In this document: positions 1 to 8,175 of the stretch, piece after piece
How the letters are laid out: each line of letters starts with the position of its first letter
Position numbering within the stretch: position 1 is the stretch's first letter
NCBI GenBank assembly: GCA_017860575.1
Contig: JAGDMS010000001.1
Coordinates: 1 to 62,439 of the forward strand
Direction: 5' to 3'
DNA length: 62,439 bases
From: Deltaproteobacteria bacterium
GTDB lineage: Bacteria > Desulfobacterota > Binatia > HRBIN30
Notes under the pieces: model-generated
The model's database searches: none
What the model was told of the DNA's origin: nothing
The model's input: only the letters and a program-made list of their open reading frames with translations
Translations under genes and position numbers: made by a program

Positions 1-553
1 ATAGCAACTTCAGCACCTGCACGGACTCACCGAGACGGCGGGCACGACCGCCGGGAGTGTAGAAGGGGATGCCGTAGGCAACGTGCTCCGGCTCAAACCA
101 CCCGGCACCGATGCCGACGATCAGCCGTCCGTTGCTCACCTGGTCGACGGTGGCCACCATCTTCGCCAGCACGGCGGGATACCGGTAGGTATTGCCGGTC
201 ACGAGCAGCCCCAGGTGCGCCTGCCGTGTCTGAGCGGCCAGCGCGGCCAACAAGGTCCAGCCTTCGAGGCACGGCCCCGTGATGTCGCTGAAGATCGGCA
301 TGAAATGGTCAAAGGCGAAGAGCGAATCGAAGCCGAGGTCGTCGGCCTCCTTCCAGGTGTCGACGATGTCCTGGTACGTCACCTGCTGTGGTGGCGTTTG
401 GATCCCGAACCGCACGCTCCCGCGTTTCGCGGGCGTGGTCTCCTTGGCGCGCACGGCGCTACTGCACCCTGCCAGTGTCACCGCAATTCCGGCGGCACCC
501 GCCGTCTGGATGAAGCGCCGGCGCGACAGATTCGGGTCTCGATCTTCAGCCAT
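1..553 (-). CDS. LLM-class (luciferase-like) F420/flavin-dependent oxidoreductase with Tat signal and lipobox; C-terminus lies outside the window
   Basis: Absent from the ORF track because it runs off the left edge. The reverse frame is open from ATG (553) to position 1, with AGGAGG (complement of 561-566) 7 nt upstream. My translation is MAEDRDPNLSRRRFIQTAGAAGIAVTLAGCSS...VRFGIQTPPQQVTYQDIVDTWKEADDLGFDSLFAFDHF...VSNGRLIVGIGAGWFEPEH, a typical LLM barrel N-terminal half. Confidence 0.8.
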   Translation of the reverse strand, partial: MAEDRDPNLSRRRFIQTAGAAGIAVTLAGCSSAVRAKETTPAKRGSVRFGIQTPPQQVTYQDIVDTWKEADDLGFDSLFAFDHFMPIFSDITGPCLEGWTLLAALAAQTRQAHLGLLVTGNTYRYPAVLAKMVATVDQVSNGRLIVGIGAGWFEPEHVAYGIPFYTPGGRARRLGESVQVLKLL

Positions 554-751
554 GGCAAACCCTCCTATTCTTCCATGATGTCCCCAATGTCGGGTCAATC
601 TCAATCCCGGTCCAGCACATTCGGTCGGTATTCCGCTCGCGGCGCCCCGCCGCCTCCGATTGGCGCTTTCATTTGATCAGCACTGGAGCATTCGGGCACG
701 CTTGGCTATACCGGACTCCCGGCGAGTACAGTCTGTATGGGGGAGGAAGTT

Positions 752-1432
752 ATGCAGGAGCGCCCAAGCGGGAGCGCGGCACTGGTGGTGGCCATCGTTG
801 TGGTTGCCGTCGTCCTGGCAGCGAGCAACATCGGTGCGCTTGCCTACGTCTGGGGGGCGAGTGGCGCCCCGCATGACACCGACCTTGCGGCGTTGGCGAG
901 GCAGCACCTCCCTGCCCTGCTCTATTTCATCGCCGCCCCGCTTGTGGCCGGCGGTGTCAGCGCATTTCTCGCCGCCCGGCGGCTCGCGGCGGCGCGCCCG
1001 GTCGGAGCCGTCACGCGCGGTGAAGCGCGGGCGGCGGTTCCAACGCCACCCTCCCCCGCGTTTGCCTTGCGCCTGCTCGGCCTGCTGCAGCAGGAGGGAC
1101 GCTTGGTCGACTTCGTCAGCGAGGACATCGACTCCTACAGCGACGAGCAGGTCGGTGCCGCTGTGCGGGCCATCCATGCTGGCTGCCGGAAGGTGCTGAA
1201 CGAGCACGTGCAACTGCAGCACATCCTCGCCGGCGAGGACGGCAGCGAGGTCGTGGTCGAGGCCGGCTTCGATCCCGCTGCGGTGCGGCTCACCGGCAAC
1301 GTCACCGGCACCCCCCCGTTCCGCGGCACGTTGCAGCACAGCGGCTGGCGCGCCACGAAGGTTACGTTGCCGGAGACATCCGCCGCAGTCGACCCGGCGA
1401 TCATCGCCCCGGCGGAGGTGGAAATCGCTTGA
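752..1432 (+). CDS. DUF2760-like small membrane protein
   Basis: ORF 737..1432; the second ATG (752) follows a GGGGGAGGAAG RBS. Two hydrophobic helices (ALVVAIVVVAVVLAA, LLYFIAAPLVAGGVSAFLAA) precede LLQQEGRLVDFVSEDIDSYSDEQVGAAVRAIH...GTPPFRGTLQHSGW. I recall this as the DUF2760 type that accompanies Hsp70 paralogues (from memory, not searched). Confidence 0.65.
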   Translation: MQERPSGSAALVVAIVVVAVVLAASNIGALAYVWGASGAPHDTDLAALARQHLPALLYFIAAPLVAGGVSAFLAARRLAAARPVGAVTRGEARAAVPTPPSPAFALRLLGLLQQEGRLVDFVSEDIDSYSDEQVGAAVRAIHAGCRKVLNEHVQLQHILAGEDGSEVVVEAGFDPAAVRLTGNVTGTPPFRGTLQHSGWRATKVTLPETSAAVDPAIIAPAEVEIA

Positions 1433-1495
1433 TCGGGGTTGGGCGTCAGGGGTTAGGGCTCAGGGTCAGACTATGAATGCGCTTGCAAGCAGCAA

Positions 1496-3364
1496 TTGGC
1501 GGCATCGCACGGAGAGAGTTTGTTGAAGCACCCGTCCCCGAACCGTGACACCCGACACCCGCAGTTTGTCGTCGGCATCGACCTGGGCACCACGAACAGC
1601 GTCGTGGCCTTCAGCGACGTCAGGCAGGAGGTCCCGGGGCCGATCGAGGTCTTCGCCATTCCGCAGTCGACGGCGGTCGGGACCGTCGAGGCGCGGCCGC
1701 AGCTTCCCTCGTTTTTGTACATTCCCGCCGCGGGAGAGTTTCCAGCCGGGGCTATGCGGTTGCCGTGGGGCGAGGCACCGCAGTACGTCGTGGGACACTT
1801 TGCCCACAGGCGTGGCGCCGAAGTGCCTGCCCGGCTGGTGGCCTCGGCGAAATCCTGGCTGTCGTATGCGGGTGTCGATCGCGCCGCCCCGATCCTGCCG
1901 TGGGGAAGTCCGGAGGACGTCGCCAAGCTCTCGCCCGTTGCCGTATCGACGGCGTATCTGTCCCATATCCGCAACGCCTGGAACGCCGCCTTTCCCGATG
2001 CGCCGCTGGAACGGCAGGAAGTGCTGCTCACCGTGCCCGCGTCGTTCGACGCGGTGGCGCGCGAGCTGACGGTACGAGCGGCGCATGAGGCCGGGCTGTC
2101 CCACCTCACGTTGCTCGAAGAGCCGCAGGCGGCCTTCTACGCCTGGATCGACGCCAACGGTGACCGCTGGCGCGAAGCCGTGCACGTCGGTGACCTGGTG
2201 CTGGTCTGCGACGTCGGCGGCGGCACCACTGACTTCACGTTGATTGCCGTGCGCCAGGAACAGGGCAGCCTGGTGCTCGACCGGGTCGCCGTCGGCGATC
2301 ACATCCTCCTGGGCGGCGACAACATGGATCTCGCCCTCGCCTACGCCGTCCGCACCCGCCTCGCCGATGCCAAGACGCAACTCGACCCCTGGCAGTTCCG
2401 TGGCCTCACCATGAGTTGCCGCGAAGCCAAGGAGCGTTTGCTCGGCGGTACCGACACGAAGCATCCGGTTTCGATTCTCGGCCGGGGCCGCAAGCTGGTT
2501 GGCGGAACCGTGCGCACCGACATCGAGCGCCAGGAGGTCGATCGGATCCTCCTCGATGGTTTCTTCCCGTACGCGGAACTGAGCGACCGTCCACAGGCGC
2601 AGCGCCGTACCGCGCTGCAGGAGATCGGCCTCCCCTACGCCACGGATCCGGCGGTTACGCGTCATCTGGCACAGTTCCTCAACCGTCATCGCGGCGCGGT
2701 TGCGGAAGCCGGAGCCGCCACTGCGGCGCATCCGACGGCGGTGCTCTTCAATGGCGGTGTCACGCGCGCCGCCGGGCTGCGCGAACGCCTGCTCCAGGTG
2801 CTGGACGGTTGGTTCGATGCCGCGCAGCCGGTTCGTTTGCTCGCTGGTGGCGATCCCGAGCACGCGGTCGCGCGCGGCGCGGCGTACTACGGATTGGCGC
2901 GGCGCGGCCGCGGTGTCCGGATCCGCGGCGGCACGGCACGCGCGTATTATGTCGGCATCGAGACGGCGATGCCCGCGGTTCCCGGCCTCCGCCCGCCCAT
3001 CAAGGCGCTGTGCGTCGTGCCGCAGGGTCTGGAGGAAGACAGCGAAGTGCTCCTGCCGGGGCAGGAGTTCGGCCTGGTGGTCGGCGAGCCCGCTGAGTTC
3101 CGCTTCCTGACGTCCGCGACACGTCGCGACGACCAGGTGGGGACGCTCGTCGAATCGTGGGATGACGACATCACCGAGTTGGCGCCGATCGAAACCACGC
3201 TGGAATGGGAAGGCCAGGAAGGCACCGCCGTCCCGGTGCGCCTGGAAGCCCGGGTCACCGAAGTGGGCGTCCTCGAGTTGTGGTGCGTCAGTCGCGATGG
3301 CACGCGCCGCTGGAAGCTGGAATTCAATCTCAGGGGTCAGGGTCCAGGTGTCGGGGGTCAGTGA
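1496..3364 (+). CDS. Hsp70-family ATPase, non-canonical (no DnaK-type substrate-binding domain recognisable)
   Basis: Motifs VVGIDLGTTNSVVAF, CDVGGGTTDFTLIAV and VLFNGG match the actin/Hsp70 nucleotide-binding domain. The start is uncertain: TTG at 1496, or TTG at 1520/1523 just after GGAGAG. Confidence 0.9.
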   Translation: MAASHGESLLKHPSPNRDTRHPQFVVGIDLGTTNSVVAFSDVRQEVPGPIEVFAIPQSTAVGTVEARPQLPSFLYIPAAGEFPAGAMRLPWGEAPQYVVGHFAHRRGAEVPARLVASAKSWLSYAGVDRAAPILPWGSPEDVAKLSPVAVSTAYLSHIRNAWNAAFPDAPLERQEVLLTVPASFDAVARELTVRAAHEAGLSHLTLLEEPQAAFYAWIDANGDRWREAVHVGDLVLVCDVGGGTTDFTLIAVRQEQGSLVLDRVAVGDHILLGGDNMDLALAYAVRTRLADAKTQLDPWQFRGLTMSCREAKERLLGGTDTKHPVSILGRGRKLVGGTVRTDIERQEVDRILLDGFFPYAELSDRPQAQRRTALQEIGLPYATDPAVTRHLAQFLNRHRGAVAEAGAATAAHPTAVLFNGGVTRAAGLRERLLQVLDGWFDAAQPVRLLAGGDPEHAVARGAAYYGLARRGRGVRIRGGTARAYYVGIETAMPAVPGLRPPIKALCVVPQGLEEDSEVLLPGQEFGLVVGEPAEFRFLTSATRRDDQVGTLVESWDDDITELAPIETTLEWEGQEGTAVPVRLEARVTEVGVLELWCVSRDGTRRWKLEFNLRGQGPGVGGQ

Positions 3365-3416
3365 AGATGCGCTCCGACCCCCAAGCGCCCAAGCCCTCAC
3401 GCCCCCACGCCCTCCA

Positions 3417-6251
3417 ATGAAACGTTACATCATCGGCATCGACCTTGGTACGACCAACTCGGCGGCGGCGTACGTGGACACGTCCGATGGGTCGCGCCAA
3501 GTGCAGCAGCTGATGATTCCCCAGCTCGTGTCCGAGGGCTCGGTCGCGGAGCGCGCGACGCTCCCATCCTTTCTCTACATTGGTGGTGAGCACGATGTGG
3601 CGCCCGGTAGTCTCGGGCTGGCCTGGGACCAGGCGCGGACGTACGCCGTTGGTGAATTTGCCCGGTTGCAGGGCGCCCGCGTTCCCGGGCGATTGGTTTC
3701 TTCGGCGAAGTCGTGGTTGTGCCACGGCGGCGTCGATCGTAAGGCCGCAATTCTCCCATGGAGCGCACCCGCAGATGTACCGAAACTCTCCCCCGTCGAA
3801 GCCTCGGCCCGGTACCTGCTGCATTTCCGCGAGGTGTGGAGGCAGGAGTTTCCGAACGCCCCGCTCGAGGCGCAAGACGTCATCCTCACCGTTCCAGCCT
3901 CGTTCGACGAAGTGGCGCGCGAACTGACCGTCGAGGCGGCGCATCGCGCTGGGCTGGCGCGGGTGGTCCTGCTGGAAGAGCCGCAAGCGGCCGTTTACGC
4001 CTGGGTCCATCACCACGAGACCGCACTCGATCAGCTCGCCGGCCTACACCGGATTCTCGTCGTCGACATCGGGGGCGGCACCACCGACTTCAGTCTGATC
4101 GCCGTCCGACATGACGACGGTCGCGTGAGCCTCGATCGCGTTGCCGTTGGCGATCACCTGTTGCTCGGCGGCGACAACATCGACGTTGCACTGGCTCGGC
4201 TGCTCGAGCCCCGGCTGGGGACGAAGCTGGACAGTCAGCGCTGGCACGCACTGACGAGCCTCTGCCGCACCGCCAAGGAGACATTGCTGGGGCCGGAGCC
4301 CCCCGCCGACGTCCCCGTTCGTCTCGTTGGTCGTGGCCGCACGGTGGTGGGCGGTGTCGTTAGCACCCAAGTGACACGCGACGAGGTCGAAGGGCTCGTC
4401 CTCGAAGGGTTCTTCCCCCTCACCCCGTCCGATGCGTTACCGCGGCGCCTGGCTCGCGCTGGCTTGCAGGAATGGGGTTTGCCGTTCGCGAGCGAGGCGG
4501 AGGTCTCACGGCATCTCGCCGCCTTTCTCCAGCAGCATCGATCGGACACTGTAGCCGGCACGGAGGAGCCGTCGGGCCACGCCGATGCATGGCCCGACGC
4601 CATTCTCTTCAACGGCGGAGCGCTCAAACCAGCGATCATCCGTGATCGGCTGCGTGCCTTAATCCGGCATTGGAGCGGCCGCGAGCCGGCGGTCCTCGAA
4701 AGCGTCGATCTGGATCTCGCCGTCGCCCGGGGCGCCGCATACTACGGCCTGGTGCGCCGCGGCCTTGGTGTGCGCATCGGCGGCGGCAGCGCCCGCTCGT
4801 ACTATCTCGGCATCGGCGCCGCAGAGGGCCTCGAGGGTGCGACCGAGCCCGACTCCCGCATTACCGTCTTGTGCCTGGCACCGCGGGGCATGCACGAGGG
4901 CGACGAGGTCGAGATCACCGAGCCGGCACTCGATGTCCTGGCGAATCGCGCCGTCAGTTTCCCACTGTTCGCCTCGAGCACGCGGACCGGGGAGCGTGCC
5001 GGGCAACTGGTGCTGGCCGAGCCCGATTCCGTCACCGAACTGCCGCCCATCCGTACCGTGCTGCGCTTCGGCAAAAAGCTTGCGGCCCGCAAGATCCCGG
5101 TGCATGTCGTCGCGCGCCTGACCGAGGTGGGCACGCTGGAAGTCTGGTGTCGCTCGCTGACCACGGAGCATCGTTGGAGACTGCAGTTCCAGCTCCGCGA
5201 ACACGCTGCGCCGGTTGCCGAGGAAGAGGGCGAGCCGGAAGCACGATCGGAAGCGGAGTCGGTAATCGGCGAAACGCAACTCGAGGCGGCTGTGCAGATC
5301 GTGCGTGCCGTCTTTCCGGGTGGCGACGTGCACAGCCACGGCGACCCCGTCGGCATCGTGCGGGCGGTGGAGGACGCGCTGGGGACCGGCAAGGACGCCT
5401 GGCCGTTGCTCGCCATTCGCAAGCTCTGGGATGCCTTGTGGGACGGGCAGCAGCGGCGCGACGTGAGCCAGGCGCACGAGGCCCGGTGGCTCAACCTCAG
5501 CGGTTTTCTGCTGCGGCCGGGGTTCGGCGCGGAGCTCGACGATTGGCGTATCCAGCAACTGTGGAAGTTGAAGTCGAGTGGGCTCCGGTTCCCGAAAGCC
5601 GCACAGGGTCGCACGGAGTGGTGGAACATGTGGAAACGGGTCGCGGCGGGGCTCACCCGCCCGCAGCAGATGCAACTCTACAACGAGGTTGCGCCGTACT
5701 TGCTGCCGCGGCTGAAGGGCAAAGCGAAAAGTGGTCCCAAGCCGGGACCGCAGGAGTTGCGCGAGTTCTGGCAACTGATGGCAAGCTGCGAGCAGCTCTC
5801 CGCGGAGATCAAGGCGGAGCTGGGCAATGCTCTGCTGCCGCTGGTCGTGAAGGGCAAAGCCACGACGCTTGAGCTGTGGGCCCTGGGCCGGCTCGGTGCG
5901 CGGGCCCCGTTCTCCGGGCCGCTCAACTGTGTGGTGGCCCGGGCGACCGTCGAGCAATGGGTGGAGACCGTCCTGCGCGCCGGGTGGCCGAAGGCGGAGT
6001 CGATGGTCTTCACGTTGGCGCAATTGGCACGCTGCGTCGGCGACCGCGAGCGCGACTTGGACGAGTCGCTGCGCCGGCGAATTGCTCAGCGTATCGAATC
6101 ACTTCCCACAGGCCGCCGCGCCGCCCGGCTGATCACGGAATTCGTCCCCCTCGAAGCCCAGGAGCGGGCACGCATCCTTGACGAGTCACTGCCAGTGGGC
6201 CTGCAGATCCGAACCGAGAGCGCTTCGGCCGCCGCACCGCCCCAGCCCTAA
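3417..6251 (+). CDS. Long Hsp70-family ATPase (DnaK-related) with ~350-aa helical C-terminal extension
   Basis: In-frame ATG at 3417 gives MKRYIIGIDLGTTNSAAAYV, followed by VDIGGGTTDFSLIAV and ILFNGG. The track ORF begins at 3162, but those 85 codons overlap the end of the previous gene and look non-coding. The C-terminal third is W/R/L-rich and helical, with no motif I can name. Confidence 0.9.
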   Translation: MKRYIIGIDLGTTNSAAAYVDTSDGSRQVQQLMIPQLVSEGSVAERATLPSFLYIGGEHDVAPGSLGLAWDQARTYAVGEFARLQGARVPGRLVSSAKSWLCHGGVDRKAAILPWSAPADVPKLSPVEASARYLLHFREVWRQEFPNAPLEAQDVILTVPASFDEVARELTVEAAHRAGLARVVLLEEPQAAVYAWVHHHETALDQLAGLHRILVVDIGGGTTDFSLIAVRHDDGRVSLDRVAVGDHLLLGGDNIDVALARLLEPRLGTKLDSQRWHALTSLCRTAKETLLGPEPPADVPVRLVGRGRTVVGGVVSTQVTRDEVEGLVLEGFFPLTPSDALPRRLARAGLQEWGLPFASEAEVSRHLAAFLQQHRSDTVAGTEEPSGHADAWPDAILFNGGALKPAIIRDRLRALIRHWSGREPAVLESVDLDLAVARGAAYYGLVRRGLGVRIGGGSARSYYLGIGAAEGLEGATEPDSRITVLCLAPRGMHEGDEVEITEPALDVLANRAVSFPLFASSTRTGERAGQLVLAEPDSVTELPPIRTVLRFGKKLAARKIPVHVVARLTEVGTLEVWCRSLTTEHRWRLQFQLREHAAPVAEEEGEPEARSEAESVIGETQLEAAVQIVRAVFPGGDVHSHGDPVGIVRAVEDALGTGKDAWPLLAIRKLWDALWDGQQRRDVSQAHEARWLNLSGFLLRPGFGAELDDWRIQQLWKLKSSGLRFPKAAQGRTEWWNMWKRVAAGLTRPQQMQLYNEVAPYLLPRLKGKAKSGPKPGPQELREFWQLMASCEQLSAEIKAELGNALLPLVVKGKATTLELWALGRLGARAPFSGPLNCVVARATVEQWVETVLRAGWPKAESMVFTLAQLARCVGDRERDLDESLRRRIAQRIESLPTGRRAARLITEFVPLEAQERARILDESLPVGLQIRTESASAAAPPQP

Positions 6252-6327
6252 CCCGAGACCCCGACTCTCACGACGATCCGCACGGGGACGCATTTACTGA
6301 GGCGGCGCTCAAGAGGACCGGATTAGC

Positions 6328-6894
6328 ATGCGAAAGATCGTCGCAGGGCTTTTCATGTCGCTGGATGGGGTGGTGGACTCGCCCGCGAGTTCGCCACACG
6401 AATGGACCAATACCGAGATGGCCGAGTGGATGGCCGACGGGATAGCGCAGGCGGACAGCGTGCTCCTCGGTGCTCGTAGCTACTTGCTCCTGGCGGAGTT
6501 TTGGCGACACCAAGGCAACGATCTGCCAATGGCGCGCTTCCTGAACCGCTCACCCAAGTACGTTCTGTCGGCTAGCGTGGACACCCTCGACTGGCAACCG
6601 GCAGCCCTGATCAGAGGCAACCTTCGCGAGGAACTCACGACGTTGAAGGGGCAACCCGGCAAGAACATCCAGGTCCCCGGTAGCCCGCGGCTGGTGCGCT
6701 GGCTGCTGTGCAATGGGCTGCTGGATGAACTCCGCCTCGCTATCTGTCCGGTCGTGGTGGGTCCCGGCATGCGCCTCTTCGATGAGATCAGTAAGCAGAT
6801 CACGCTGACACTCATGGCCGCCAAGACGGCTAGCAACGGCGTTGTGGTTTTGACGTATCAGCCGGCGCGATCGAACACACGCGCCGCGGCGTAG
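6328..6894 (+). CDS. Dihydrofolate reductase family protein (RibD C-terminal domain-like)
   Basis: MRKIVAGLFMSLDGVVDSP...VLLGARSY...GSPRLVRWLLCNGLLDELRLAICPVVVGPG is the usual pattern of the YwjB/RibD_C family. An AGAGGA RBS lies upstream. Confidence 0.75.
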   Translation: MRKIVAGLFMSLDGVVDSPASSPHEWTNTEMAEWMADGIAQADSVLLGARSYLLLAEFWRHQGNDLPMARFLNRSPKYVLSASVDTLDWQPAALIRGNLREELTTLKGQPGKNIQVPGSPRLVRWLLCNGLLDELRLAICPVVVGPGMRLFDEISKQITLTLMAAKTASNGVVVLTYQPARSNTRAAA

Positions 6895-7046
6895 CCCTTC
6901 AACGTCCCATGGACGACCATTCGCACGCTGTGAGACCCGATGCAGGCGCTCACGGGCATGGAGTCAAGCTGGCGGCGCTGCGGAGATTCTGACGCGCCAC
7001 CACCGGCTGGGTTGCAGAGACGGACGGCGAGGAGTACTGCTGCGGG

Positions 7047-7418
7047 GTGACCAGCCCGTGCCGCGCACCACGACGATCGGTGCCCCTACACAGCAGGACG
7101 TCGCCGCTGTTGCGGCGAGCGTGGCGCACGGGCCGGTGCCTCCTGGCATTGCTCGCCAGCCTGCACACACTGGCGGCCTGTAGCGCGCAGCAACCGACGC
7201 GCAGTTCCTACGAGCGCCAAGCGGAGATGGAGGACGCCGCGCTGGCGGCGCTGGCGGACGAGCGTTCCGACCACCCCCAGGCGGACCCTGATGAGTCGGC
7301 GCAGCCGTCAGTGGCCAACGGCGGTGCGGCTGACGTGATGGGGCAGATCGGCGTCGCCCTGATGTCCGTGCTCATGACACTCGGTAATGCGATCCTGCCG
7401 CTGCTGATGCTCCTCTGA
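7047..7418 (+). CDS. Hypothetical small lipoprotein with hydrophobic C-terminus
   Basis: The signal-peptide-like LRRAWRTGRCLLALLASLHTLAAC has a lipobox L-A-A-C, and the true start may be TTG at 7110. An acidic middle is followed by a C-terminal hydrophobic segment. No homology recognised. Confidence 0.4.
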   Translation: MTSPCRAPRRSVPLHSRTSPLLRRAWRTGRCLLALLASLHTLAACSAQQPTRSSYERQAEMEDAALAALADERSDHPQADPDESAQPSVANGGAADVMGQIGVALMSVLMTLGNAILPLLMLL

Positions 7419-7574
7419 GCCCTTGGCCTGCGCCTAACGGGATGCGGCAGCGTATTGCACTCTGCGGCGAGGGTGTCCCCGCCGGATTTCCGAGGCGGGT
7501 TGCTGAGTGCGTGCACGCGGCGCATGCTGCCTGGAAACCGTGACGCGATCGAGCAGCAGCCGAGGGAGGGACCT

Positions 7575-7976
7575 GTGTCAGACCGAAACAAGAAGACGGT
7601 AATGGCGTACGTCGACGCCTTCAATCGCGGTGACATCGACGCGCTTTTGCGCCAGTTTACACCCGACGCGGTGGTGTCCGGCGTCCTCGGCTGGGGCGGT
7701 CTCGATAAGGTCAAACCAATCTGGCAAGAGCTGATCGACTGCTTCAACCTCACACTACAGGTGGAGTCGTTGGTCGCCGAGGGCAACATTGTCGCGGTGC
7801 GATACATCGAGCGCGGCAAATCGGTTCGCTCGTTCCGGGGTGGACCGGTGACGGGACGGCCCTATGAGGTGGTCGCGATGGAGTGGTTCGAGTTCCGCGA
7901 CAGGCTGATCTGCCGGCGCTGCGGTGCGCGCGATTCGGCTGCCATGTTCAGGCAGATGGGACTACCGCTCACATAA
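7575..7976 (+). CDS. SnoaL-like / NTF2-fold protein (ester cyclase-like)
   Basis: GTG at 7575 follows GAGGGAGGG. NKKTVMAYVDAFNRGDIDALLRQFTPDAVV...GNIVAVRYIERG...MEWFEFRD is a typical SnoaL polyketide cyclase-like pattern. Confidence 0.7.
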   Translation: MSDRNKKTVMAYVDAFNRGDIDALLRQFTPDAVVSGVLGWGGLDKVKPIWQELIDCFNLTLQVESLVAEGNIVAVRYIERGKSVRSFRGGPVTGRPYEVVAMEWFEFRDRLICRRCGARDSAAMFRQMGLPLT

Positions 7977-8175
7977 AGTAGCGGCACGCCGGCGCCCGAT
8001 GTCGCCGGCGTTTATTGAGCTGGTTTCGAGGTTCCGGCAGCTGCGGAAGGCTGCCGCCACCGGCTCCGATGAACTCCGGAGGAATTCCTCGCTGGCCGGG
8101 CGCCTCCATCCCTGCAGCATGCATCTTGCGACAGCCTTTATTGCCCCGCCACAGGCGCGGCCACTTCTTTCCCCG

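Noticed and set aside
83-676. 197-aa plus-strand ORF at the left edge
   Set aside because: It is antisense to a clearly recognisable LLM oxidoreductase frame with a Tat signal and RBS. Its product is R/G/P/H-rich with no motif.
1449-1460. Telomere-like GGGGTTAGGGCT
   Set aside because: It is a single copy in a bacterial operon spacer and not a tandem telomeric array. It is kept only as part of the G-tract observation.
1466-3400. 644-aa minus-strand ORF
   Set aside because: It is a shadow ORF opposite Hsp70-1. It is Arg/Ala/Gly/Pro-rich with no motifs, while the plus frame has unmistakable Hsp70 signatures.
3162-3416. N-terminal 85 codons of track ORF 3162..6251
   Set aside because: It overlaps the 3' end of Hsp70-1 in another frame and is R/S/W-rich. 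The canonical Hsp70 N-terminus MKRYIIGIDLGTTNS starts at 3417.
4659-6023. 454-aa minus-strand and 400-aa plus-strand (4670..5872) ORFs inside Hsp70-2
   Set aside because: These are alternative-frame or antisense shadows in GC-rich coding DNA, with low-complexity R/P/G/A composition.
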